From Squalus acanthias (taxonomy: Eukaryota): 64,000 nucleotides of DNA. The notes beneath the pieces are model-generated. The model was not told where the DNA came from, did no database searches, and worked only from the letters and a program-made list of their open reading frames with translations. The DNA is taken from NCBI GenBank assembly GCA_030390025.1, contig CM059432.1, positions 32,118,001-32,182,000 of the forward strand, written 5' to 3'. A program made the translations under genes and the position numbers. Positions 24,456-37,204 of the stretch are shown here, in pieces (within the stretch, counting starts at the first letter, position 1; every line of letters begins with the position of its first letter).

Positions 24456-25799
24456 ATGAAGTTTAGAGTGAAAGAGGAAAAATACTTCTTTTAAAAGAAT
24501 AATATTTGGTTAGGAATTGGATTGAAGGTTATAAAACAAATAGGTCAGAGATAGTCCGCAGAGCATAGAGGTTCCTGTACTTCTGCATCCAAGGAAATAG
24601 TCACTTGTGGAAAGCAGTCGCTCGGGTTGAATAGTGGAGATGTGGAGATAGATACATATTCTGGACTTTCACTTGACACCTTAGTGGTTGAGGAGAAATT
24701 TTGCAGCACTTTCCCTCAGGAGAATAAATAAATGGGGTAGATAGTGTATGGTCTGGAAGAAGTTTGATGGGCCAAAAGGGTGTTTCTTGTTTTATGGTTT
24801 CTTTAAGGTAATCAAATGTTATGGGGATATTGGAAAGGCCTTTGACTGTAAGTCAAAATAAATTACTCTAACCTTATCCACCTCACCAGTGAAGTCACAT
24901 TTGGAATATTGCATGCTACCTTCAAAGTGCATTGGCGTGGGTGTACCGTGAAGAAAGACAAGGATGACCCCAGGACATAGGGTCTAAACTATGAGCAGAG
25001 ACTCATAAAGTTGAACTTGTTCTCATTGAAGAAAGGAAGTTTGAAGAGGAACATGAACCAGCTGAGAGGTATCAATGATGTGAGCCACTTCGTTGAGTTA
25101 GACCATAAGCACAGAACTAGAGGAGGCAGGTATAAAATTAACAAACCAAACCAGAGTATAGATTAGAGGATACACTCAGCAAGTAGGTAGCCCTGGTGCA
25201 TAGCCTTGCTAGATTGAAGTGTGTGTTGTATCATCAGCCCTATAGTGTTAGAGCACTATGTCCAACCCATCTAGAGAGGCTCCATGCCAGGACCAGATCC
25301 TTGCTGAATTTACACTCACAAGGGTTTATTTTTCCTCTGCAGAGTAGTGGTTGTGTGGAAGACTCCGAATAAAAGGAATTGAGATGGAGATAATTAACTC
25401 TTTTTAAAAGGAACTGGGTAAATACGTGGTTGGGTGTTATTGGAGGCTATAAGGATATATATATATATAATTAAGTACTCCAGGGATCAATGGTTCTTGG
25501 CTGCCAGGATGACATAAAAATATAGGAAAATTAGGAACAGGAGTAGGCCATTTAGTCCCTCAAGCCTGCGCCGTCTTCAATTAGGTCATGGCTTGTCTGT
25601 GGAAGACAATAGGCTAGCATTGTGTAGTGGAGGATAGAAGAGTATTCTGGGGTTTATCTTCAGAGATCAGGGAATATTTGTACAGAAGTTTCCTTTCAAG
25701 TGTATTACGGGTAGAGTTCACGATGGTAGATTTATACAGAAGCTATGAAGGCAGTGGTTTTGATGGTCTGAATGGCTCTTCTCATTCCAGTTTCTTATG

Positions 25800-26340
25800 G
25801 ACAGGAAGGAGGAGGTGAGGAGATGGCAGAAGCAGTCAAATGGATGCTCTCGATCTTTGAGACAAAGAAATTCATAAGCACCTGCATTGGTATTTTGCGT
25901 TAATACAGAGGGAGCAGAGGAAGGGGCCGAAGGAGAAGATTTGTTGTGAAGGAAAGCCTGGGGTTGTCCTTACCCTCTCGAATAATTCTGGAGTAGTGGA
26001 GGATTTGGATGAGGAAAGGGAGAGACAATATTGCTTTAGTTGATCCAGCCAGGCAGTGCATGATAAGGCCAATCATACCTTGGGTGTGTTCCAGTCCGCT
26101 GTCTTCAACTTTACGGGCAATGGGGTTGTGAAATAGTGTGGAACATGAAGAGGGCAAGAGCATTGAATGCAGAAGCAAAGGACCTGTTAAGCAGATCCAT
26201 CAAGACAGGTGGAGGGTTTTGGAAAGGAAGCTTTTTTCCAGGGGTGGAGGGTGATTGTAGAGGCATTTGGAGCAGGCTGACTAATATGATTGTTAAAGGA
26301 AAGGAGGAAGTGATCAGAGAAGGCTTTGTCAAAGAGCGAT
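25800..26340 (-). mobile_element. Old L2-type LINE ORF2 remnant
   Basis: HYSRIIREGKDNPRLSF..LLRPL peptide resembles the L2 endonuclease-RT linker. Confidence 0.65.
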
Positions 26341-27364
26341 CGTAGAAAATTCCACTGTCTGCCATGTAATGAAGGCATTAAAGGGATTCCATATGAACTT
26401 ATTAAACGTTCCTCTATGATTTTGCACAGCTTGATTTCATACGATTATAGATGTTTACCTGAATTACAAATAATAAAGTATATCAAGGTGATCAACTTAC
26501 TAATGATTGACAGACGGACCTCTTCTAAAATTCAATTCAAAAGAATTGAATACATGGAGCACTGTAGCTTTAAGTTGAAATGTAACATGCTTAAAGATGT
26601 AGTTCATAGATAATTGAAATGTGCAATGAATTTAAATACACACAATCCTACGTAATCCTAAATCCCAGAAGTGAAGTCACTCCTTTCATTACACTACCCA
26701 TGCTCCACTCTCCTAAATGTTTTACAGCTGTTTTATATTTCTCTCTTCAGAGCAGTCTTACGGACACTTATTTAGGCCACCTGGGTTGCCATGACATCTT
26801 TCTCCCCTGCTGAGAATTATGGCTAAAAGATGTTAGCAAGGACACTGAGTTCCTGTGTAAGTCGCACCATTCCTTGTTGAAGTATTGAGGCTGTTGCCAT
26901 GGGGATGGGAGAGTTCCTGATTCCTTTGTTTTGTTTTCCAACTTTCTCCCCTTTTGGTTCCTCCTCCCCTGTAGGAGCTTGGCTTGGTTGCTACTGGGCT
27001 TTGGTTCCAAACAAATTGGCACCCCTCCACTAATTTGCTCAAATAGCCATTGTTCTTGTGTCAGTGAGCACCATCAAGCTATTCAATTCTGGAGGGCATC
27101 ACCATGGCGCCTGATCCTATCTTCACCCAATCATCAGAGGCATGCTTCCAACACTGCATGGGTATCAGGGAGTGGAAGCCTGGCACATGTTTTGGTCACT
27201 AGCCCAGGTCAGTTTTTTCTTCTGTCAAAGGACAGTTGGCAATCATTCTGAGAACAAACTGCATGCATTAGTAATAATATTAAGAAGAGTCACAGTCCAA
27301 GTGTATGTATAAAAGTGCTATGGACATTACACAATCCTCTGTGGAACCTCTAAATAAAAATACA

Positions 27365-28075
27365 GGGGTAGAGTTTCCGCTTTGGGCGCAATCGGCGATC
27401 CGGCGCAAATTGTGCTCAAAATTGCGTCGGTTTTGAGAAGTGTTCTTTTTTCTTGAGTTACCGCTCAAACTCATTTGCATATCGCCAAACACAAAATCTG
27501 TTATGAACCAGCGCAATCGGGCAGCGTTTTAATACTTTGTTTTAAAATTTGCTTCACAAAATATTCCTTGATATATTTCAGAGTGGTAACTCGGTGCAGT
27601 TTGATTAACACAGCTGAAAATGGGTTTAATCACAAAAAAATAAGCATTTTTAATCACAGTGTCAATCTGTGAGTAACCTGATTTTAAATGACTGATAATT
27701 GACTTTTAAAAATTATAGAGAACCATTTGCTAGTTACATTGGAGCACAGTAGTCAGTTTCTTAGTAAATGAAAATAAAATTGCATTCAAAAGTTTTTAAA
27801 ATGTGCCTATTAGTGTCCTTGCACCCAAAAGATCCAGCTTAATTTTTAGAGCCTCCTAACTCCCAATGTGATTAATTTATCCTGGGGATGTGGCCAGTTT
27901 TGTTGGCGGGGCTGGCTTCTAGCACTTCCAGCACCATGTTTTATAGACTAGTGCAATAGATCGCGGAAACTCGATTTGCACTGAACATAATTTGCGCTTA
28001 AAACTCTGTGATCTTTTGCATGGTCTACACCGATCTCTCCACAAAAAACCAGCGCAACTCTACTCCAAAGTATTT
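27365..28075. mobile_element. Harbinger-like non-autonomous element
   Basis: Start GGGGTAGAGTTTCCGCTTTGGGCGCAATCGGCGATCC. Collinear with the reverse complement of ~17460-16750. Confidence 0.7.
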
Positions 28076-29302
28076 GGAAAATTTGCATAAGAAAAATTTA
28101 CAGACCTGGTCTAAGGGTAAGGGAGGAACCAAGTGAGGAACGCCTGTTAACTCATTAAGCCCATTCCTTCACAGCCCATGTGCAATCTACCCTGTCAAGT
28201 ACTCTACCCAACCATTTAATCTCCGTAGGAATAACTCTGCATAAATATTCTCTGAGCCCCAAAGGTTATCAAAAATACTCAGCAAATCTCACATGTTGAC
28301 TATTCAGACCATGATCCATGGGACATTGTGGTCTAGGTTTGCTCTTTGGTCGGGAGTCTCCCAGAATGGGCGATTGGTCTCCCAAGCACTGCTGGTGGCA
28401 ACCCGGGAGAAACGGTTCCTGTATGCGCACATCGCGGATGCGCAGCGCCCTGGCTGTCGTGGCTTGCAGCCAATCCGTATTGCCTGGCCCCGGCTGGTCA
28501 CCTGGGGGCCTGAAACGCGGCACTTCCAGTGAAGTTACGTTAGTGGTGGAAGGGAGACACGGTGGAGTGCAGAGTGTTCAAGGGGCAAGTTAATATGGTG
28601 GAGGTTAAATCTATAAATTAGTTTACTGTGTAAAACTTCAATGCACATGATATGAACTGAGTATTGCACAAAGACACAGCAGGAAAGTAATAACCTGATT
28701 AAGTGACCCTTATTAACAGATACAATGAAAAGGAGAAATTCTAGAAAATTTAGCAGCAAAGGAGACTTTCTGGAAAAATGTAATTTTGTTTGTGATTTGA
28801 GTTCAAGTGAAGGAACTGTGAGTTTGTGGGGCAGGATTTAAATTCAAAACAATAATTGTGCCACATGACATTAGCAAGGATTAAATGTTATTAAATACAA
28901 GAATTCCTGCTCTAAATAAATTCAGTTAGCATGTTCGTGAGGCAGCTGTAGACTCAACTTTATTTTTTGCCAACTCAACTTTCACCAAACTTGACAATTT
29001 GATCCTTCCACTAGGATTGCCAACCCTTTCGGATTTTCTGGGAGTCTCCCGGAATTGAAGGTTGCTCTCCTGGGCACTGCTGCTAGCAACCTGGGAGAAA
29101 AGTATGTTACATCCGCAGATCACGGGACTTCTTCCAGTGTACCTCATCTTGCAATTCTGGTACTATCTCGACACAGCGCAAGGGTTGAACCTCGAACACA
29201 TGATCTGTACGGCTAAGCACTATATTAGTTGCCGTATTTACCTACTAGGTCATTGGGTTAGGGGATGGGACGTTGAAGTGTTGAGCTGGTTCTTCAAAAA
29301 GA

Positions 29303-29709
29303 AAAGAAAGAATTGCATTTATATAGCACCTTTCACGATCTCAGAATGTCCCAAAGCACTTTACAGCCAATGAAGTACTTTTGAAGTGTTGAAATATAGG
29401 AAACGCAGCAGCCAATTTGCACACTGCAAGGTCCCACAAACAGCAATGAAATAATGATCAGATCATCTGTTTTGATGATGTTGGTTGAGGGATAAATATT
29501 GGCAAGGACACTGGGGATAGCTCCCCTGCTCTTCGAAATAGTTCCATGTGATCTTTTACAGATGGCACCTATGACAGTGCAGCACTCCCTCAGTATTGCA
29601 CTGAAGAGCCAGCCTGGATTATCTGCTCAAGTTTCTGAAGTGGGACTTGAGCCCACAACCTTCTGACTCAAAGGTAAGAGTGCTACCAACTGAGCCACGG
29701 CTGACACCT
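29303..29709 (-). mobile_element. Deu-type SINE
   Basis: Same family as 15790-16242. Confidence 0.85.
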
Positions 29710-32700
29710 AAGCACACTTTAATTGTGCGGCAGGCATCGCATGAGCTAAACATGGTCATAGGTTGTCCTCCTTTACTATAATCTAATCTCAAGAGTTCAG
29801 ATGGTGGCTATAAACCAATTGAACTTCGCTCTCAAGGTTTATGAATTGCTCTCGCACTCTGCCTCCAGTTTCTATTGCTGTGTAATTACAACCAAGAAGC
29901 TATTGTTCTCAGTAAATAAGAAACCCTGGACGTTCCTGCCTGAGTTACTACCTTTTGTCTCTCTGAGGCTTCCATTGGTCTGTGATATAATGACAGTAAT
30001 AAACTCCTTCTTTATTGGTTAGCTCGTTCCTCTGTGAGGTGCATGTTAGGGAGAGGAGGTAACACTGGCTAATTCATAATACATTACCCTTTAAATTTAC
30101 GCCATGCAAAGGTTAACATGCAACTGCATTCATATTAAACTCCTTACTCTGCTATTTTAACAGTCATTAATCAATTTATTTTAAGTTTCTACTGAAACAG
30201 TGGACCAGGTAATTAATAATCTTTGTACAGCTGAATTTCAAGAGCAGTGTTTTTATCCAATTTTAAATTGTACAGTCACAGGGAAGCAGTGAGTCTGATC
30301 AAATAAAAAAAACATGTAATTAAAAAGTAGAACAGGAAGAAAAACTCGTACCTCCTATTTGAACGGAGACCTGGGCTGGCTCCTTTGCAATTTACCCTAG
30401 GATTGATCCTTTTGCCCAGTTCGCACTGGAAAGCCAACACAAACCAATTTCTGGGCCACTGTAATTCTATGAGGTGATGAAAGCGTTGATGAGGGTTTTC
30501 CAAAGATGGCGGAGGTGATGTCGTGTTGGCAGTTGATGTTCCAGCAGTGGGAAGTGAGTGGTCATGGCAATGGAGTAGATGTGGGGCTGAATGCTCAGCT
30601 CAGGGTTGAACAGGACCCAAAGGTTCTGAGTTCAGACTGAGCAAACAGTCAGATGGAGATGGAATCAGAAAAATTTCTGGTGGGATCCGAAAAGGATAGC
30701 TTCAGTCTCACCATTGTTGAGCTGAAGAAATTTCTGGTGTCAGACAGATAGTCGGATCGCACGGTTACGCAATGCGGGGTGCTGGTAGGGAAATAGAGCA
30801 GAGAGTCAGTGGATACACATAAAAGTGCTTTGCCAAGGGATAGCATATGAAGGGATGGAGAGATGACGCCTTGACGGCACGCAAGAGGTGACCATGAAAA
30901 CAAGGGCGGAGAAGCTACTGGAGGAAATGAACTGACAGCATTGGGAAAGGTTGCAGTGGAACTAAGAGCAGCTCCTGAGATCAGAGAATGGCACAGAGCC
31001 AGTGGAGGAGGGTGGAATGGTCAACTGTATCGATGGTCACTAAGAGATTGAGAAAGACAATCATCAATTCATAATTCAACCCCACCTACCCGCCATCTAA
31101 GCGCATCCCTCAATCCCTTCTCTCTCCAAAATGCACTGATTTGTCTCTTGAATCCACTAATGCTGAACAATTCAACAGTTTGCCCTGATAACTTGTTTCA
31201 CAACCCTATTTCCATTTAAGCTGAAAATGTTTCATCCAACATGCCCTCTTGCTCCTAACTGTCAAATTTTTAACTTGTGTCGCCCCAGCATGTGAGCCCT
31301 TCCGCTATCGCTGAACTGCATTCCCTGTAAACTCTTTTGCTTTCTGTAATGGGTTGGGGGCAGAGGGGGTGGGGGGGGGCAGGAACTGTGGGACAAGACA
31401 CTTTGTATGTGGTGATGTTCAGCAAACTTCCCCCACCCCACCTGCTCTGGGAAAAGTCTGATCACTGCAGGAATAATTATAACCTCACTGCATTCCCCTT
31501 TGATAGTGTAATGTTAACTTAATGATTCAATCTGACTTGCTGCATTCCTTTCACTATAAAGAAAGCCTTAAATGGACTGCACTCCACATTATCACACTTC
31601 ACTTTCTTGAAAAAAATCCTTGACAAGGGCAACAGATTTAAAAAATGCCCTTTCTGACCGGACAGTGATCAGGACAATCCCCACCTTCAGTGAAGACGTG
31701 AATCTTTGAGTATTAATGTTGTGACTGGCTACTTTCTTACTGAAATACATGTAGCTGTTCTTAATGATTTTAAACACAAGAGGGCGGTAGAGTAACAGGT
31801 TGCTCAGATTTGTATCACAGAGTCTATATAGATATATATATATTGCACAATTCCTTCTGAAAGGCAGCATTGTATTAAATATAGCACCTCATCATATCTC
31901 CAAGCATCTCAAAGCAGTTTGCGCACGATGAATTACTTGGAGTCACTATTATGCCAGCAAACGTCGAGGGGAAGCAGTCTGTAGGGGGCAAATTTGAGAG
32001 CAACACAAGAACAACTGCGCACGAGCAAAATTGCGCAGATGCAATCACTTAAAAATCACCATTGTTATTTTAATTATCAGACAGCGCAGGCAAACAGTGT
32101 GAAAGTGCTGTGATGTGAATGCACTATCACACGATGTTAAAGGAACGTTGAAGGGAAAAAGGAAAGGAATTACCTAGTATTTACAGCACAGAAACAGGCC
32201 ATTTGGCCCAACAGGTCCATGCATTTATATTTTTTTACATATTCATTTATGGGATGTGGGCGTCACTGGCAAGACCAGCATTTATTGCCCATCCCTAATT
32301 GCCCTTGAGAAGGTGGTGGTGAGCCGCCTTCTTGAACCGCTGCAGTCCGTGTGGTGATGGTACTCCCACAGTGCTGTTAGGGAGGGAGTTCCAGGATTTT
32401 GACCCAGCGATGATGAAGGATCGGCGATATATTTCCAAGTGAGGATGGTGTGTGACTTGGAGGGGAACTTGGAGGTGATGGTGTTCCCATGCGCCTGCTG
32501 CCCTTGATCCTTCTAGGTGGTAGAGGTCGCAGGTTTGGGAGGTGCTGGTGGATGGGGTGCCAATCAAGCAGGCTGCTTTGTCCTAGATGGAGTCATGCTT
32601 CTTGAGTGTTGTTGGAGCTGCACTCATCCAGGAAAATGGAGAGTATTCCATCACACTCCTGTCTTGTGACTTGTAGATGGTAGAAAGGCTTTGGGGAGCC

Positions 32701-33418
32701 AGGAGGTGAGACACTTGCCACAGAATACCCAGCCTCTGACCTGCTCTTGTTGCCACAGTATTTATGTGGCTGGTCCAGTTAAGTTTCTGATCAATGGTGA
32801 CCCCCCCCCAGGATGTTGATGGTGGGGGATTCGGCGATGGTAATGCTGTTGAATGTCAAGGGGAGGTGGTTAGACTCTCACTTGTTGGAGATAGTCATTG
32901 CCTGGCACTTGTGTGGCACGAATGTTACTTGCCACTTATCAGCCCAAGCCTGAACATCGTCCAGGTCTTGCTGCATGCGGGCATGGACTGCTTCATTATC
33001 TGAGGAGTTGCGCATGGAACTGAACACTGTGCAATCATCAGCGAACAACCCCAGTGCTAACCTTATGATGGAGGAAAGGTCATTGATGAAGCAGCTGAAG
33101 TTGGTTGGGCCTAGGACACTGCCCTGAGGAACTCCTGCAGCAATGTCCTGGGGCTGAGATGATTGACCTTCAACAACCATAACCATCTTCCTTTGTGCGA
33201 GGTATGACTCCAGCCAGTGGAGAGTTTTCCCCCTGATTCCCATTGACTTCAGTTTTACTAGCGCTCCTTGATGCCACACATGGTCAAATGCTGCCTTGAT
33301 GTCAAGGGCAGTCACTCTCACCTCACCTCTGGAATTCAGCTCTTTTGTCCATGCTTGGACCAAGGCTGTAATGAGGTCTGGAGCCGAGTGGTCCTGGTGG
33401 AACTCAAACTGAGCATCA

Positions 33419-35086
33419 GTGAGCAAGACTGTCACTGACCTCATCTCCTCTGGAGATCTTCCCCCCACGGCCGCCAACCTCATAGTTCCCCAACCCCGCA
33501 CAGCCCGCTTCTACCTCCTTCCCAAGATCCACAAACAGGACTGCCCCGGTAGACCCATCGTTTCAGCCTGTTCTTGCCCCACGGAACTTATCTCTTCCTA
33601 TCTCGACTCTATTTTTTCTCCCCTTGTCCAGTCTCTTCCCACCTACATCCGCGACTCTTCCGATGCCCTCCGCCATTTTAACAGTTTCCAGTTTCCCGGC
33701 CCCAACCGTCTCCTCTTCACTATGGACGTACAATCCCTCTACACCTCCATTCCCCACCAGGATGGCCTGAGGGCGCTCCGCTTCTTCCTTGAACAGAGGC
33801 CCAACCAGTCCCCATCCACCACCACCCTCCTCCGCCTGGCTGAACTTGTTCTCACATTGAACAACTTCTCCTTTGACTCTACCCATTTCCTCCAAATTAA
33901 AGGTGTTGCTATGGGTACCCACATGGGTCCTAGCTATGCCTGCCTTTTCGTGGGATATGTGGAACACTCTTTGTTCCAGTCCTACTCGGGTCCCCTCCCT
34001 CACCTCTTTTTCCGGTACATTGATGACTGTATCGGTGCCGTCTCCTGCTCTCGCCCTGAACTAGAACATTTCATTCACTATGCTTCCAATTTCCACCCTT
34101 CCCTCACCTTCACATGGTCCATCTCCGACTCTTCCCTTCCCTTCCTCGACTTCTCCATCTCCATCTCTGGGGATAGGTTATTGACTAACATTCACTACAA
34201 GCCCACCGACTCCCACAGCTACCTGGACTACACTTCCTCCCACCCCGCCTCCTGTAAGGACTCTATTCCATTCTCCCAGTTTCTCCATCTCCGCCGCATC
34301 TGCTCTGATGATGCCACCTTCCATACCAGTGCTTCCGACATGTCTTCCTTTTTCCTCAACCGAGGATTCCCCTCTACCGTGGTCGACACGGCCCTCGACC
34401 GTGTCCGTTCTATCTCCCGCACATCTGCCCTCACCCCTGCCCCTCCCTCCCGGAACCACGATAGGGTTCCCCTTGTCCTCACCTTTCACCCCACCAGCCT
34501 CCACATTCAACGGATCATCCTCCGCCATTTCCGCCACCTCCAGCGTGATCCCACCACCAAACACATCTTCCCCTCACCTCCCCTTTCAGCATTCCGCAGG
34601 GACCGCTCCCTCCGCGACACCCTAGTCCACTCCTCTACCACCCCCAGCACCCCTTCCCCTTCGCCCGGCACCTTCCCGTGCACGCGCAGGAGATGCAACA
34701 CATGCCCTTATACCTCCCCTCTTCCCACTGTCCAGGGCCCCAAACACCCCTTCCAGGTGAAACAGCGATTTACTTGTACTTCCTGCAATTTAGTATACTG
34801 TATTCGCTGCTCACGATGTGGACTCCTCTACATTGGGGAGACCAAACGCAGATTGGGTGACCGCTTTGCGGAACACCTCCGTTCAGTCCGTAAGGGGGAC
34901 CCCGAGCTCCCGGTGGCCTGTCACTTTAATTCACCGCTTCACTCCCACTCTGACCTCACCGTCCTCGGCCTATTACACTGTTCCACGGAAGCTCAGCGTA
35001 AGCTCGAGGAACAGCACCTCATCTTTCGTTTAGGCACGCTACAGCCCTCTGGACTCAATATCGAGTTCAACAATTTTAGATCATAA
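33419..35086 (+). CDS. Penelope reverse transcriptase + GIY-YIG endonuclease; uninterrupted 555-codon frame lacking its native start
   Basis: FYLLPKIHK, GRPIVS, MDVQSLYTSI, GVAMG, FRYIDD, YKPTD; Cys-rich linker CTRRRCNTC; NLVYCIRC..CGLLYIGET..RFAEH..GLN. Confidence 0.95.
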   Translation: MSKTVTDLISSGDLPPTAANLIVPQPRTARFYLLPKIHKQDCPGRPIVSACSCPTELISSYLDSIFSPLVQSLPTYIRDSSDALRHFNSFQFPGPNRLLFTMDVQSLYTSIPHQDGLRALRFFLEQRPNQSPSTTTLLRLAELVLTLNNFSFDSTHFLQIKGVAMGTHMGPSYACLFVGYVEHSLFQSYSGPLPHLFFRYIDDCIGAVSCSRPELEHFIHYASNFHPSLTFTWSISDSSLPFLDFSISISGDRLLTNIHYKPTDSHSYLDYTSSHPASCKDSIPFSQFLHLRRICSDDATFHTSASDMSSFFLNRGFPSTVVDTALDRVRSISRTSALTPAPPSRNHDRVPLVLTFHPTSLHIQRIILRHFRHLQRDPTTKHIFPSPPLSAFRRDRSLRDTLVHSSTTPSTPSPSPGTFPCTRRRCNTCPYTSPLPTVQGPKHPFQVKQRFTCTSCNLVYCIRCSRCGLLYIGETKRRLGDRFAEHLRSVRKGDPELPVACHFNSPLHSHSDLTVLGLLHCSTEAQRKLEEQHLIFRLGTLQPSGLNIEFNNFRS

Positions 35087-35462
35087 CCTCAGCTCCAATC
35101 ACATTTATATTTTATTTTATCCACCCTTTTATTTGTCCCCCCCACCTTTTTTTTCCTCCTAGAAGCTGGCAGCTGTCCTTCATTCTGCCAGTGGATTTCA
35201 CACTTCATTCAGCCTTAATCTGTCACATTAACACCACCTCTAGCCTTGCATATCTCTTAATGTCTCTTAATGTCTCTTCATCTCCTCCTTTGTTCCTTTA
35301 TCCCCTCCCCCTTTTCCCAGCTTTACCCTGGCCTTAAATCTATTTGATTTCCAGCTCTTCCCAGTTCTGATGAAAGGTCATCGACCTGAAACGTCAACTC
35401 TCTTTCTCTCTCCACGGATGCTGCCTGGCCTGCTGAGTTTTTCCAGCGTTTTCTGTTGTTAT
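33426..35462 (+). mobile_element. Penelope-like retroelement, family 1 (Neptune-type), 5' truncated
   Basis: 11-bp TSD ATCAGTGAGCA (33415-33425 / 35463-35473), RT + GIY-YIG ORF, and 3' UTR with a hammerhead. Confidence 0.95.
35363..35399 (+). ncRNA. Minimal type-I hammerhead ribozyme in the Penelope 3' UTR
   Basis: AGTT-CTGATGA-a-AGGTC-atc-GACCT-GAAA-C-GTC-AACT: full catalytic core, stem I AGTT/AACT, stem II AGGTC/GACCT, palindromic ACGT stem III. Predicted cut after 35395. Confidence 0.85.
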
Positions 35463-37204
35463 ATCAGTGAGCAGGTTATTGGTGAGTAAGTGCCACTTGA
35501 TAGCACTGTCGATGACACCTTCCATCACTTTGCTGATGATTGAGAGTAGACTGATGGAGCGGTAATTGGCCGGATTGGATTTGTCCTGCATTTTGTGGAC
35601 AGGACATACCTGGGCAGTTTTCCACATTGTCAGATAGATGCCAGTGTTGCAGCTGTACTGGAACAGCTTGGCTAGAGGTGCGGCTAGTTCTGGAGCACAA
35701 GTCTTCAGCACGATAGCTGGGATGTTGTCGGGGCCCATAGCCTTTGCTGTATCCAGTGCGCTCAGCCGTTTCTTGATAACACGTGGAGTGAATCGAATTG
35801 GCTGAAGACTGGCTTCTGTGATGGTGGGGACCTCAGGAGGAGGCCGATATGAATCATCCACTCGGCACTTCTGGCTGAAGATGGTTGCAAACGCTTCAGC
35901 CTTGTCTCTTGCACTCATGTGCTGGGCTCCACCATCATTGAGGATGGGGATATTCATGGAGCCTCCTCCTCCCGTTAGTTGTTACATTGTTCGCCACCAT
36001 TCGCAACTGGATGTGGCAGGACTGCACAGCTATGATCTGATCTGTTGATTGTGGGATCGCTTAGCCCTGTCTATAGCATGCTGCTTCCGCTGTTTAGCGT
36101 GCATGCAGTCCTGTGTAGCGCTTTTCACAACCTCAGGATGTTCCAAAGCGTATTTACAGCCAATGAAGTATGCTTTTGAAGTGTTGTCACTGCTGTAATG
36201 TAGGATCACACTGTACATGGAAAACCAGCCCTGACAGGTTTAGGCCCTGGAAATCGATGGGCTGCAATCCTGGCAGTTGGAGCAATGGAGTTGGCAGGGT
36301 TAATGGGAGACCACCTGATTAGCATGCTTCCAGAAAACTGGCATCTGCCCATCATCAGGGGTGGGGAGGGGAACTGGTCAGGCTGGCTGAACCCTCAATG
36401 AAATTTGTGGCCTTAGCATTTAGTGCAAAGCAGGCTCAACTTGTGCAGTTTTAACCCCCAGCCTGACTCCAGAATGAAGTGGAGACTCCCTCCTCCAGGG
36501 AGTCTCTCTCCGCTTCGCCCCTGCATCAGGTTGTGTGCTGCCTCTGGATTCAGGACGCATTATGCACTTTAATTATTGCCTCAGTGCTATATAAATGCAA
36601 GTTGCTGTGGTACTCTTCTAGTGTAAAGAGGGTTACACTATAGAATGGTGCATAATATTAAGGAGGGAAATGTGAACAATGCAGGTTATTCGGAGACTAT
36701 TACAGCGTTCAGAATTAACCGTGTTCCGCAAGAGTCTTTGAATTTAACTCATATTTATACGACTCTGCATGAAGGCAATGGAACAAAGTTGTTCTCATTT
36801 TTGCTTAGCGTAACCTAAAACAGGAAGTGATGGCTTAAAGACTGTGGGGAATTAGTGAGGTCACTGGAACTCTAAAAGCCACATTCTCAGACCCCGAGAA
36901 TTGATTGCTCTGCTCTTTCCGTGATTGCCTACGCACAGGGGAGCCACACCTTATTGTTCTTCATCACTGAAGCCTCTGTCAGTGAAACTGACACCATGTC
37001 GTTCTCTCCAAGCTGTTACCTGCTGTAACAGTGGAATTCACGTGGAAATGTAGGAACAATTTGTTTCCTATTCCCATTTTCTCCGCTCCTCCTCCTCCTC
37101 CTTCTCCCCATCGTCCCAAACACACTGACTCATCCCGGGGTCTGGTCCCACTTGCTCTGGCAATCCCTTTGCTACCTCCCCTCTGAAAACACATCTCCAG
37201 CAAC

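Larger units (their letters stand above)
32232..36118 (-). mobile_element. 5'-truncated CR1/L2-group LINE, split by a Penelope insertion
   Basis: KAMGPDNIP, NYRSISLLS, ALDIKAAFD.VWH, GVPQGSVLGP and FADD motifs. The halves join in frame at LLTD across the TSD. Confidence 0.92.

Noticed and set aside
32878..33501. Apparent Penelope-LINE fusion ORF
   Set aside because: Chance read-through from antisense Penelope sequence into the interrupted LINE RT frame; the same applies to 35394-35957.
36939..37053. Possible + strand exon after gcacag
   Set aside because: No partner exons, donor or recognisable peptide.
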